Shown one piece after another: positions 1 through 9,122 of a DNA stretch of 32,000 nucleotides; within the stretch, counting starts at the first letter, position 1; every line of letters starts with the position of its first letter. The position numbers and the translations under genes were made by a program. Location: NCBI RefSeq assembly GCF_000829315.1, contig NZ_AP013028.1, positions 330,001 through 362,000 of the forward strand. The letters are read 5' to 3'. The stretch comes from Wolbachia endosymbiont of Cimex lectularius (GTDB taxonomy: Bacteria; Pseudomonadota; Alphaproteobacteria; Rickettsiales; Anaplasmataceae). The notes beneath the pieces are model-generated. The model worked only from the letters and a program-made list of their open reading frames with translations. It ran no database searches and had not been told where the DNA came from.

Positions 1-852
1 CTACTACTAAATAATCAAGAGCAATCTGTAAAAGAAAAAAAGTTAGAGGAGTTAACTTTGTCCTATAGTGATCAAGTACATCAGATTGCAGGCTTACAAG
101 CAGAAAATCTCTCGTTAGAAGTGAAGAATGGAAAATTGCTATCTGTGATTGAACGATCTATAACAGAGGAAGCTGAAGTGAAGAAAATGGATGAAAAAGT
201 AAGGCAAAATCAACATAAATTAATCGATCAAATAAAAAAATTGGAAGAAGCATTGAAAGAAAAAGACGCTCAGTACAAAGAGCAATTAAATGAAAATCAA
301 CATGCATTAGGGAACTTAGAATATAAATTAGAGAGCTTAGAAAGTCAAAGCACTACGGCAAAAATGCAACAACGGAAAGATAGCTCCCACCAAGCGAATA
401 TGAAATCAATGGCCAAAAGTGAAGCTGATTTATTTCAAAAAAATAAAGGAAGATTGGATAAACAGTTACAAAAAACAAAAAAAGAACCAGTTGAGCAGCC
501 AAATGAAAAACTTACACCCAATGCTTTCATGAGTTGCACTAGCAGTACTACAAGATTAAAGAATAATTTGACTACTGAGAAAAAAGCAAGTGTTGTTAAG
601 AAGCATATAAATAATCTATGTAATGAAAAATTTGTGCAGTCCTATACAAATTCTTTACCTGAAGATGCTCTGGAAAAGTCAATAAAAACTAAAGCAAAAT
701 CCTTAGACTCAAGTAATGTTCAAAAACTGGCAAAAAATATAAGCAATGAATTTACGTTACCAAAAAATACAAACAGCATACCTAACTCTTTTCTGAGCCG
801 CACTAGCAGCACCGCAAGCATAAACTCATTGAACGTTAGAGTAGGTTCTTAG
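1..852 (+). CDS. hypothetical coiled-coil protein, 5' partial (enters from upstream of window)
   Basis: The reading frame is open from nt 1 (LLLNNQEQSVKEKKLEELT precedes the TTG used by the ORF caller). The sequence is E/K/Q/L rich and heptad-like. Two copies of an F-x-S-x-TSST motif sit near the C-terminus. No family recognised. Confidence 0.5.
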   Translation, partial: LLLNNQEQSVKEKKLEELTLSYSDQVHQIAGLQAENLSLEVKNGKLLSVIERSITEEAEVKKMDEKVRQNQHKLIDQIKKLEEALKEKDAQYKEQLNENQHALGNLEYKLESLESQSTTAKMQQRKDSSHQANMKSMAKSEADLFQKNKGRLDKQLQKTKKEPVEQPNEKLTPNAFMSCTSSTTRLKNNLTTEKKASVVKKHINNLCNEKFVQSYTNSLPEDALEKSIKTKAKSLDSSNVQKLAKNISNEFTLPKNTNSIPNSFLSRTSSTASINSLNVRVGS

Positions 853-2005
853 CATAAAGTAACAACTCCTCTTTCGTTAAGGAATAGGAGTTATCTCCCC
901 AATGTTGCTTTAACAACTCTAAACTTCTACCTAAACTTTTCCCCGACTGATAACCTATATTTATCAAATCATCGCCAGATAAAGGAAATTTCGGGATATC
1001 GAACACCTTAGCAAATGAGATGTATTCATCAACATTTGTTCCAGACTCAACACCACAGATTTTGACCAAATCACAATATAATTCCCTACCAAACAAGGAT
1101 ATGTATTTTTCTTGCTCCTTTTCTGAAAGCTCTGTTTTGATATCATTGGACAGTAAAAATAGCAGCTTTTTCCTTTGCTTGTTTGAAAGGCGTAAAAACT
1201 TGCTTATGTATTCTCCAAGGTTTTGCCTGTCTTCGGTAGTTTTAAGGAGCAACGCTAATTTTATTATCGCATCAGTACCAAAAAGAAGCGGTGAGGACAG
1301 AATTTTGCATTTTACTTCTTTTGGAATAATTTTTTGCAAAACATCAGATTTTTGCATGCTCTTAAGCGTTGGAGCGGGGTCATCACACTCTAGCAATTTA
1401 AACATTTCGTCTCTTATTCTCTCTCCAGAGAGGTTTTGGATCATGTGCGAATGCTTTTTGCATACGTCCAATATTTCATCACTCAAATTTCCAACGCATA
1501 TTTTTGCGTGAAAACGAAACACTCTTAAAATACGTAGATAGTCTTCCTTAATTCTATCTTCAGCATTACCTATAAAGTTTAACCTTCGCGCTTTTAAGTC
1601 CTGAGTACCACCAAAGTAGTCATATATATGGCCGTACTTGTCTGCATATAGGGCGTTAAACGTGAAGTCGCGCCTTGAAGCATCAGCTTGCCAATTGTTG
1701 GTAAACTCCACTTTCGCATGTCTACCGTCGCATTGAGTATCATACCTTAGCGTTGTGATCTCAAAAGATCTTTGGTTTAAAACTGCAGTGATAGTTCCAT
1801 GCTTTAAGCCAGTTGGAATAGTTTTTATATTGCGAAGTTTGAGCGCTTCAATCGCTTGATTAGGCAGTAGATTGGTAGCAAGGTCAATGTCGTGAATGTC
1901 ACACTGCAGAATCGAGTCCCTTACACACCCACCGACAAGCCTTGCCTCACTACCAAACTTCTCTATGGCATCAATGATTAAACTAGTTTCATGGTCAACT
2001 TGCAT
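836..2005 (-). CDS. cca: CCA-adding tRNA nucleotidyltransferase / poly(A) polymerase family protein
   Basis: 389-aa ORF with the LVGGCVRD...DIDLAT nucleotidyltransferase head motif and the RRDFTFNAL motif of class II CCA-adding enzymes. Confidence 0.85.
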   Translation of the reverse strand: MQVDHETSLIIDAIEKFGSEARLVGGCVRDSILQCDIHDIDLATNLLPNQAIEALKLRNIKTIPTGLKHGTITAVLNQRSFEITTLRYDTQCDGRHAKVEFTNNWQADASRRDFTFNALYADKYGHIYDYFGGTQDLKARRLNFIGNAEDRIKEDYLRILRVFRFHAKICVGNLSDEILDVCKKHSHMIQNLSGERIRDEMFKLLECDDPAPTLKSMQKSDVLQKIIPKEVKCKILSSPLLFGTDAIIKLALLLKTTEDRQNLGEYISKFLRLSNKQRKKLLFLLSNDIKTELSEKEQEKYISLFGRELYCDLVKICGVESGTNVDEYISFAKVFDIPKFPLSGDDLINIGYQSGKSLGRSLELLKQHWGDNSYSLTKEELLLYAKNLL

Positions 2006-2055
2006 TTAGGTTAGTATGTATTGCAGCTCATATTACATGAAATGCAAAGCTTTTG

Positions 2056-2086
2056 CAAAAAGCCCTATATAAAAACATACAGGGCT
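2056..2086 (-). terminator. possible intrinsic terminator downstream of the OTU gene
   Basis: On the minus strand, AGCCCT (2086-2081) pairs with AGGGCT (2066-2061) and is followed by TTTTT (2060-2056). The 14-nt loop is large, so this is weak. Confidence 0.3.
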
Positions 2087-2094
2087 ATGAAGAT

Positions 2095-2988
2095 TTATTT
2101 TACAAGTGGTGATATTTGCTGCTGGCAAGATGTTACCCTTGTTTCTTTCATACCACACCTTGGTAAACTTGAAGGGCTTTGCTCTTCAGAGCGTTGAATA
2201 CATTGCTTTATATTACTAACGCACTGCTCTACAACATCACTAATTTTTCCATCAGCATTTTTTGCCAATAGCTTATCAAATGTCTTTTCAACCTCTTCTT
2301 TCTTAGGACTGTCTTTTGAGATATTACAATATCCTAAGATCTCATCTAACTGAAGTTTTTTTGCTAATAGGAAGTCTTCTTGCTCTTGTTTTGCTAAACT
2401 TTTTTTCCTATCAAGCAGTGGCTCGAAATGACTTTCACCATTATTTATTATATGTATTGTATTAACTTCATTATATTTTATATCATTTACAGGTTCAGAC
2501 TTTGACTCATTTACAATTTGATTAGTCCATATTTCTTGCCCTTCTACACTATATTTTTCAACAACGTGCAATTTTACATTATACTTCTCACAAAGTATTC
2601 TACCTTCAATGTCAGGATCACCCCATCTATTACTGTCCACAATGTTTACTACATAGTCATTTACAGTTTCATTACGACGCTGACTATTGTTATCATAACT
2701 GTTGGCAATTGCATTTGTAAACCATTCTGGCGGATTGTTTTGTGCAAATTCCCTACAACCATCTCTTAACTGCTCTACAGTAACTTTTATTCCTGTCTGC
2801 TGTTCCAGGCCTTGCCTGAATGAGTCAAAAAAACAGCTTCCATCACCAATTGCTTGTCCTACATGAAAATTATCAGGGTAAGGTTTACTACTTAAAGGAG
2901 CTATTTCTTGCCCTGAACTCTTGAGTCTTTTCGCGCTTTCAACATCGTAGAAATCACTTGGTAGTTTCCGTTTTCTAGGTGCAGCCAT
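2095..2988 (-). CDS. OTU-like cysteine protease (putative deubiquitinase), candidate secreted effector
   Basis: 297 aa. Cys box GDGSCFFDSF (D49, C52). Central W-G-D/E segment. His box NNGESHFEPLL (H187). N-terminal PRKRKLP...KRLK basic clusters. EQEDFLLAKKLQLDE motif after the His box. Confidence 0.6.
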   Translation of the reverse strand: MAAPRKRKLPSDFYDVESAKRLKSSGQEIAPLSSKPYPDNFHVGQAIGDGSCFFDSFRQGLEQQTGIKVTVEQLRDGCREFAQNNPPEWFTNAIANSYDNNSQRRNETVNDYVVNIVDSNRWGDPDIEGRILCEKYNVKLHVVEKYSVEGQEIWTNQIVNESKSEPVNDIKYNEVNTIHIINNGESHFEPLLDRKKSLAKQEQEDFLLAKKLQLDEILGYCNISKDSPKKEEVEKTFDKLLAKNADGKISDVVEQCVSNIKQCIQRSEEQSPSSLPRCGMKETRVTSCQQQISPLVK

Positions 2989-3105
2989 AGCCTTTACCTC
3001 AATTTAGTTATATACTATTATATCAACAAAATTGTTAATAAGTAACTAATTAAGTATAGCAAAAATTTTTAAATTATGCAAGAATTATAAATTTATATAG
3101 TGAAT

Positions 3106-4200
3106 ATGAGCTTTAACTGTGGCATAGTAGGACTACCAAACATAGGAAAATCAACTTTATTCAATGCACTTACACAATCAAGTGCAGCCGAAGCTGCAAA
3201 TTATCCTTTTTGTACAATCGAACCAAATATTGGCAAAGTGCCAATAAGAGATCAACGCTTGAAGCAAATCGCAGCAATTGCCGGCTCGGAGAAGATAATT
3301 TACAATCAATTAGAGGTTGTAGATATTGCAGGCCTGGTAAAAGGTGCAAGCAAAGGTGAAGGGCTCGGTAATAAGTTTTTAAGTCATATTAGAGAAGTTG
3401 ATGCTATCGTTCATTTACTCAGATGCTTTACAGATGATGATATCAGCCACGTACATAATAAGATAGACCCAATATCAGATGCTGAAGTAGTGGAAATGGA
3501 ACTAGTCCTAGCTGATATTGATAGCATAGAAAAAAGGCTACCTCAGTTGGAAAAGAAAGCAAAGCAAGGTGATAAAGAACTAAAGAGACAACTTGATTTA
3601 ATGCAAGAAGTCTTAGCTACTTTAAAACTCGGTAAACCTGCAAGAAGCTTAGAACATATCGATAAAGATGAGATGAAGTTGCTTCAATTGCTGACAACAA
3701 AGCCCGTTATGTACGTCTGTAATGTCGAAGATACAAATATCCTAGCTGGCAATGAACTATCTAAAAAGGTAGAAAAGATGGCAGAAGAGAACAAGAGCAA
3801 ATTTTATTGTATCTCAGCAAAACTTGAAGCAGAGATTGCAAATCTTGAAGACGAAGAAGAAAAACAGAGTTTTCTGTCAGAGTTTGGCTTGCAAGAGTCA
3901 GGGCTCGATGGAGTAGCGCGCATTATGTATGAAGTGCTGAGTATGATAACTTTCTTTACCGTAGGGCCAAAAGAAGCACGTGCATGGCCAGTAAAGATAG
4001 GATCAACAGCTGATAAAGCGGCAGGTGTAATTCACACTGATTTCGAGAAAGGCTTTATAAAAGCAGAAACGATAAGCTTTGCAGACTATGTAAAATATGG
4101 AAGCGAATTAGCCTGCAAAGATGCAGGAAAAATTCGCTTCGAAGGCAGAGATTATATCGTACAAGATGGCGACATAATGCACTTTAGGTTTAATGTGTAG
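3106..4200 (+). CDS. ychF: redox-regulated ATPase YchF (Obg-family GTPase/ATPase)
   Basis: MSFNCGIVGLPNIGKSTLFNALT P-loop N-terminus, the coiled-coil insert and the TGS-like C-terminus (FIKAE...DGDIMHFRFNV) are colinear with YchF. The ATG at 3106 is preferred over the GTG at 3100. Confidence 0.9.
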   Translation: MSFNCGIVGLPNIGKSTLFNALTQSSAAEAANYPFCTIEPNIGKVPIRDQRLKQIAAIAGSEKIIYNQLEVVDIAGLVKGASKGEGLGNKFLSHIREVDAIVHLLRCFTDDDISHVHNKIDPISDAEVVEMELVLADIDSIEKRLPQLEKKAKQGDKELKRQLDLMQEVLATLKLGKPARSLEHIDKDEMKLLQLLTTKPVMYVCNVEDTNILAGNELSKKVEKMAEENKSKFYCISAKLEAEIANLEDEEEKQSFLSEFGLQESGLDGVARIMYEVLSMITFFTVGPKEARAWPVKIGSTADKAAGVIHTDFEKGFIKAETISFADYVKYGSELACKDAGKIRFEGRDYIVQDGDIMHFRFNV

Positions 4201-5230
4201 CGGACCTACCATTACCAACAGCAGTCTCTTTCTGAGGAGAAGGAACTTTTTTCTCTACAGTTACTTGCTTATCAAAAGCTGAACTAGGTGCATCAACAAC
4301 GATATTCTCGCGTGGCTGTGTATTTTCCTTCTCCTCACATGGTGTTTGCTGGACTAAGCATTCTCCTAAGACTTCATGTAAAGCTTTACCCCCTATAAGT
4401 ACAGCCTCGTTTTGCTTAGCTAGTTCTAAAATTTCCTTCGGTTCAACATTGCTACCGTCAATAGTTGATTTTTTAATACTAATTTGACCAGAATTTATAC
4501 TTAGAACAATAACACAGCTAAGGTCTTTCTCTGAGGTATCTTTTGCATTCCAACTGATTTCAATGTCGCATACTGCAAGCTTTGTAAAGGAGTAGTTCCT
4601 CTGTTGTTTCTCATTCTTCTCAATTGTTACTACTCTTTTGCCATTGCTATATATTTTTGCTCTTTTTACTTCGCTTTTTTCTTCTTCAATTCTTTTAATC
4701 TTTTTGCTAAAAAAGCTGCTGGTTTCCAAAGTCTGTCCAGGTTTAGTAATGTTAATATTAAGGTTCTCATGAATATTGCGGTCGTGCCCTGGACATGCTA
4801 CATGATATCCATTAAAGAAAGCTGTCAGATCACTATTTAAAAACTCTTTCGCATCATTTATCCCTTGCCCAATTCTATCTAAATATGTATTCATCCTCCC
4901 TACAAACTTCTCTTTAGCTTGATCATCACATTTCTTACTTATTATATTAATTATCTTTTCTGATTGTTTCTTGTCTTGCAGCATGGCAATAAAAAGAAAA
5001 ACGTTCTTACTTCTTCCATAGTACTTTGCTATTTTATCAAACGGATTTGCCTCTTTACCTTCATTGTAATTCATATCATATAAATGGTGGTTAAATGGCC
5101 CACCTGAGAAATCCAAACTATCAAAATCCGATAATATGCTTTGTACCTCAGGATCGTCATCAAATTTATGCTCGTCCTGAAAAATTCCCTGTACAATTAC
5201 CTTTTCTTGAGAACGTGATGAATTGAACAT
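4190..5230 (-). CDS. hypothetical protein (orphan, 346 aa)
   Basis: Long ORF with no competing frame and no motif I recognise. Its 3' end overlaps the ychF stop by 11 nt (convergent). Confidence 0.5.
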   Translation of the reverse strand: MFNSSRSQEKVIVQGIFQDEHKFDDDPEVQSILSDFDSLDFSGGPFNHHLYDMNYNEGKEANPFDKIAKYYGRSKNVFLFIAMLQDKKQSEKIINIISKKCDDQAKEKFVGRMNTYLDRIGQGINDAKEFLNSDLTAFFNGYHVACPGHDRNIHENLNINITKPGQTLETSSFFSKKIKRIEEEKSEVKRAKIYSNGKRVVTIEKNEKQQRNYSFTKLAVCDIEISWNAKDTSEKDLSCVIVLSINSGQISIKKSTIDGSNVEPKEILELAKQNEAVLIGGKALHEVLGECLVQQTPCEEKENTQPRENIVVDAPSSAFDKQVTVEKKVPSPQKETAVGNGRSATH

Positions 5231-5312
5231 TATACCCCCTTAACATTTCCAATATAAAAGTAGTATATTTAATGTTTGTATTCTGTAAAGCTAAAATTTA
5301 GTTATGTCAACA

Positions 5313-6263
5313 CTAATAGCATAAATTCTGTGTTGTTTGCAGCTTTATCAGCTTGTTAGGCAGTATTATTAAAGAATTAGTTGAACAGACGTTATGACTA
5401 AATTTAACTCCATCTACAAGTTCACCACTTGTTACTCCAGTTGCAATGAACACTGATTCGCCTCTTGCCATATCTTTTATAGTGTAGATTTTTTCTGGGT
5501 CATCAATATTCAAACTTTTTGCTCTTTCTTTTAACTGATCCGTGTCAAATATTAATCTTCCCTCCATCTGTCCACCGATTGAGCTCAACGCTGCAGCCGC
5601 AAGCACTCCTTCTGGTGCTCCCCCAATGCCAATGTACGTATCATGATTGCCATTCACTAGTGAAACTACAGCAGCAATATCACCATCATCTATTAGTTTA
5701 ATTTTTGCGCCTAATCTCCTGATTTTTGCTATTAATTCATTGTGCCTTTCACGTTTAAGTATAGTTACTGTCAGATCACTTACTTTACATCCTTTTGCCT
5801 TTGCTAGATTGTCTAGATTCTTCTCAATACTATTTTTTAATGAAACTACACCTTCTGGAAGATTTTTTCCTACCGCTATTTTTTCCATATAAACATCAGG
5901 TGCATATAAAAAATCACCTCTTTTTGTTGCAGCAAGAACAGACATTGCTCCTTGTTTATAATGAGCGCAAATTGTAGTGCCTTCGAGTGGGTCAACAGCA
6001 ATATCAATCTCAGGGCCACTTCCTGTGCCAACTTTTTCCCCGATATATAGCATCGGTGCTTCGTCCCTCTCCCCTTCGCCGATCACAATCGTACCATTCA
6101 TTTCCATGGAGTTTAGCACCGTCCGCATCGCATCAACTGCAACCTGATCAGCCCTTTTTTCATTACCAAAGCCTACCAACTTATGTGCAGCAAGCACTGC
6201 AGCTTCAGTCACTTTGACTAATTTGTAAGCTAAATCTTCTATCATTTGCTCGAGATAAAGCAT
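5313..6263 (-). CDS. glpX: class II fructose-1,6-bisphosphatase GlpX
   Basis: VTEAAVLAA...AVDAMR...GTIVIGEGERDEAPMLYIGEKVGTG...DIAVDPLEGTT is colinear with GlpX. An alternative start is the MIEDLAY Met at 6245. Confidence 0.9.
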   Translation of the reverse strand: MLYLEQMIEDLAYKLVKVTEAAVLAAHKLVGFGNEKRADQVAVDAMRTVLNSMEMNGTIVIGEGERDEAPMLYIGEKVGTGSGPEIDIAVDPLEGTTICAHYKQGAMSVLAATKRGDFLYAPDVYMEKIAVGKNLPEGVVSLKNSIEKNLDNLAKAKGCKVSDLTVTILKRERHNELIAKIRRLGAKIKLIDDGDIAAVVSLVNGNHDTYIGIGGAPEGVLAAAALSSIGGQMEGRLIFDTDQLKERAKSLNIDDPEKIYTIKDMARGESVFIATGVTSGELVDGVKFSHNVCSTNSLIILPNKLIKLQTTQNLCY

Positions 6264-6300
6264 TCAATATACATTATGCCACTTGAAACTGCAAGATGTC

Positions 6301-6329
6301 TTGACTGATTGCGGGGAAGTTGATATAAT
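6301..6329 (+). promoter_or_regulatory. sigma70-like promoter for the 6358 gene
   Basis: TTGACT (6301-6306), a 17-nt spacer, then TATAAT (6324-6329), lying 29 nt upstream of the ATG at 6358. Confidence 0.45.
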
Positions 6330-6357
6330 AAACTAACATATAGTAGTAGGTTTAGTT

Positions 6358-7365
6358 ATGGCATATAGTGATGATGATATTCAAGAGTTATACCAAAAGA
6401 TAGCTACAATTATACGATATGATAATAAAGGAACCGCTAGTCTTAAAGACTTACTAAAAAAGTCAAAATGGGAAGAAGTTAATTTTCAAGATAAATGTGA
6501 AGGAGGCCATTCACTAGGAAACTTACTTCTAAAATATGCAGCTGAAAATAATAACTCACGTGTTAAGAATTTTTTTCTTAACAACGGATTTACTCTTCCT
6601 GGGCAAGAACAAGTAGCTGAAGCGACGAATGAGGAAGAGGAGGAAGAGGAGCAAAAGATACCTGATATTGCAGAAAATAAAGTGGAAACCAGCTCGGAAG
6701 ACTCTAGTAACTCTAGAGATGCTCAATTTACTACATCATATGATAAGATAAAGGAAATTGTAACTCAAAACCCTAATATAACTGCTGAAGAGTTTTACGA
6801 AAAGTTAAAAAAAGAGGTAAAAGCAAGTACAGATAAAGAAAGAGATACAAAAATTTTTGATTCATTTGCAGATGCTGTCCGTTCCGGAGCGAGTATTACC
6901 GATAACCGTAGTGTATTTCTAAAGATTGCTGAATTGTTTACAGACTTAGATACTGTAATCCATTTGAAAAGTCTGGCTTTCAAGACTATATTGGATATAG
7001 CTGTAGAAAGTGAACAAGCCGATGTTGTAGAGATACTTTTAGAAAGCGGCAAGTTTAATGAAGAAGAAAAATTGCAAGCTTTGAATTCTGCTATTGTTCA
7101 AGGCAATATTCAAGGAGCTCAATCATTTTTAGGTCACATAGAATATGAAAAGACGTTAGGAGTTCTTAATACGCTGAAGACTACAGTTCTTCACAGAGAA
7201 AAAATTGAAGGTATGAGGCAGTTCTTTTCATATAACAAGAATCTAACTAAAGAAGAAAAAGCTCAGACTCTAATTGATGCTGTCATGAGTTATAATGTAT
7301 CAGAAGTTAAGCGACTTTTAGAGTATATGGTAGGCATACCAGAGACTAGTATGGAGGTCTTTTAG
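6358..7365 (+). CDS. hypothetical acidic protein with weak ankyrin-like repeats
   Basis: 335 aa with an E-rich tract (NEEEEEEEQ). Segments such as HSLGNLLLKYAAENNNSRVKNFFLNNG and LDIAVESEQADVVEILLESG resemble degenerate ankyrin repeats. Confidence 0.55.
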   Translation: MAYSDDDIQELYQKIATIIRYDNKGTASLKDLLKKSKWEEVNFQDKCEGGHSLGNLLLKYAAENNNSRVKNFFLNNGFTLPGQEQVAEATNEEEEEEEQKIPDIAENKVETSSEDSSNSRDAQFTTSYDKIKEIVTQNPNITAEEFYEKLKKEVKASTDKERDTKIFDSFADAVRSGASITDNRSVFLKIAELFTDLDTVIHLKSLAFKTILDIAVESEQADVVEILLESGKFNEEEKLQALNSAIVQGNIQGAQSFLGHIEYEKTLGVLNTLKTTVLHREKIEGMRQFFSYNKNLTKEEKAQTLIDAVMSYNVSEVKRLLEYMVGIPETSMEVF

Positions 7366-7767
7366 AAATAATGAAACAGAGGCAATCGTCACTTAAAGAA
7401 GAAGGCGGTAAATAGTGCTCAAAAACTAATGCAATAATTCGGCTACTTGAACTAGCGATAAACAAGAAAAAAGAGGAACAAAGCACAAAAGAAAACGGAG
7501 CAGCGTCCAGCAGCAATATTGGAGGCGTTGTGAGTACTGATCAAACTGACTCACTAAATATTGATAATGATGTTAAAGATTTATATGAAAGCATAAATAA
7601 AACTATAACACTTGCAATTCGCCAAGTAGTGAAGTCACTAGTCTTGAAGATTTGCAAAAGAGACTAAAGAGAAAGATTAATTTTCAAAATAAATACACAG
7701 GAAGTGATTTATCAATAGGAAACCTGCTTTTGGAGCTCGCAACGAAAAATGGTCACCCTCACGTTAA

Positions 7768-8627
7768 GAACCTGTTTAAAATCTTCGTAACAGGAGAGAA
7801 ATGAAGGAGAGGACTATCATCTGTAAGCTAGTGTTGAGCTTCCGCTCGCAATTTTTCCACAATCGCCTGCACTTTTCTAACCAGGCAAAAGAGCGTTCAA
7901 CAACCCATCTTTTTGGCAATACGACGAAAGTGTGTAACTCACTTCGCTTTATTACTTCAACAGTCGCACCAATGATAGCTTTTATTTGTGTTGCAAAATT
8001 TTCTCCTGTGTAGCCAGCATCAACCAGTATGTTTTTAACTTCAGAGAGGTTTGCTTTAGCATTTTCGACCATTTTCACAGCACTGCTACGGTCAGTTGCT
8101 TCTGCCGTTGTTACATAAATTGCATGTGGCAAACCTTGTGTATCAACTGCAATATGGCGCTTTATCCCCGAAATCTTTTTACCTGCATCATAGCCTTTTT
8201 TTTCAGCAGTATCTGCGTTTTTAACGCTTTGAGAATCAATTATACAAAAGCTAGTTTTCTCTTTCCGACCATTGCTGATACGGACCTCTCCAACTAATTT
8301 TTTTTAAGACTAATTCCAACAAGCTTGGCTCTTCTCCATTCTTTTTACTCCACACTCGAAAATAGTAATATACGCTTTCCCATCTTGGAAAACCCTTTGG
8401 TAACATCCTCCACTGACAACCACTTTTTAAGACGTACAACACCCCACAAAATACGTCATACAAATCAAGTTTTCTTGGTTTTGTTTTCTGCTTGCTACTC
8501 TCCAAAATTGGCCTGATTTTTTCAAACTGCTCTTGACTTATATTACTTGGATAACTTTTCTGCATAGACACCTCATTATTAATCTATGCTTACTTTACCT
8601 CACATTTCCAAGATTTTAAACAGGTTC
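7768..8627 (-). mobile_element. IS5-family insertion sequence, copy 1 (ISWpi1-like by recollection)
   Basis: 860 bp. Perfect 18-bp terminal inverted repeats GAACCTGTTTAAAATCTT. TAA direct duplication at 7765-7767 and 8628-8630. Removing the IS plus one TAA restores the HVKKFFLKNG frame of the host gene. Confidence 0.9.
7776..8571 (-). CDS. IS5-family DDE transposase, two frames (orfA 8571-8251, orfB to 7776) joined at an A8 run
   Basis: OrfA carries the HTH-like LYVLKSGCQWRMLP segment. The orfB frame carries IIDSQSVK, GYDAGKKISGIKRHIAVD, LVDAGYTG and VVERSFAWLEKCRRL (DDE signature of IS5). The orfB frame opens at the A8 run (8298-8305). Confidence 0.85.
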
Positions 8628-9122
8628 TAAGAAATTTTTCCTTAAGAATGGATTTACCCTTCCTCAACAAGAGCAGGTAGCTGCAGTGGCAAATGAGGAA
8701 GAGGAGCAAAAACACACCTAGTGTAAAAGAAAATAAACCAGCGCCTCCCACACCAACAGAAGAAACAGATACAGGCCCAATTCCTATATCAAGCGGTGGT
8801 AATAATTCTCACGGCTTCACAAATCCTCAATTTTCTCCGTCAAATGAAGAGGAAACTAAATATAAAGAAAGCAAGGAAAATTTTCATATCTCATTAAGGA
8901 ATGATGTTATTGGAGTTGTTATTACAGGGTTATTCATTGCTGCCGCTGTGATGGTTCCATCTATAGCTGGTGCAGCGGTTTGTGGTATTGTAGCTGCTTT
9001 AGCTCTAGTAGCTACTGGGTTACACGTAAAAGATTCTACATTGCCAAGTTATAAAGAGATGAAAGAAGTTGAACTTACGAAACAAAGTTACCGTGCTACA
9101 GTAAACAACGCTGGAATCTAAT

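Larger units (their letters stand above)
7530..9121 (+). pseudogene. decayed tandem paralog of the 6358-7365 gene, interrupted by an IS and at least two frameshifts
   Basis: DVKDLYESINKTI...INFQNKYTGSDLSIGNLLLELATKNGHPHVK|KFFLKNGFTLPQQEQVAAVANEEEEQK parallels IQELYQKIATI...VNFQDKCEGGHSLGNLLLKYAAENNNSRVKNFFLNNGFTLPGQEQVAEATNEEEEEEEQK of the upstream gene. The frame changes near 7620 and at the A5 run near 8708-8712. The C-terminal part (ORF 8693-9121) carries a two-helix hydrophobic region. Confidence 0.6.

Noticed and set aside
836-852. 17-nt overlap of convergent genes (coiled-coil CDS and cca), and the 11-nt ychF/4190 overlap, as regulatory antisense features.
   Set aside because: Short convergent 3' overlaps are common in compact genomes, and there is no associated structure or motif.
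1020-1511. 163-aa ORF antisense to cca. Similar shadow ORFs include 10746-11237, 19475-19981, 12208-12664, 5519-6217, 14371-15322, 27797-28504 and 30982-31338.
   Set aside because: Each lies entirely inside a longer ORF on the other strand that has clear family motifs. Their translations are low-complexity, F/L/S/I rich and have no motifs, which is typical of antisense shadows in AT-rich DNA.
7986-8297. 103-aa ORF in IS copy 1, longer than the 61-aa equivalent in the other copies.
   Set aside because: It is antisense to the transposase. It is longer only because the synonymous substitution at 8169 removes a stop in the antisense frame.
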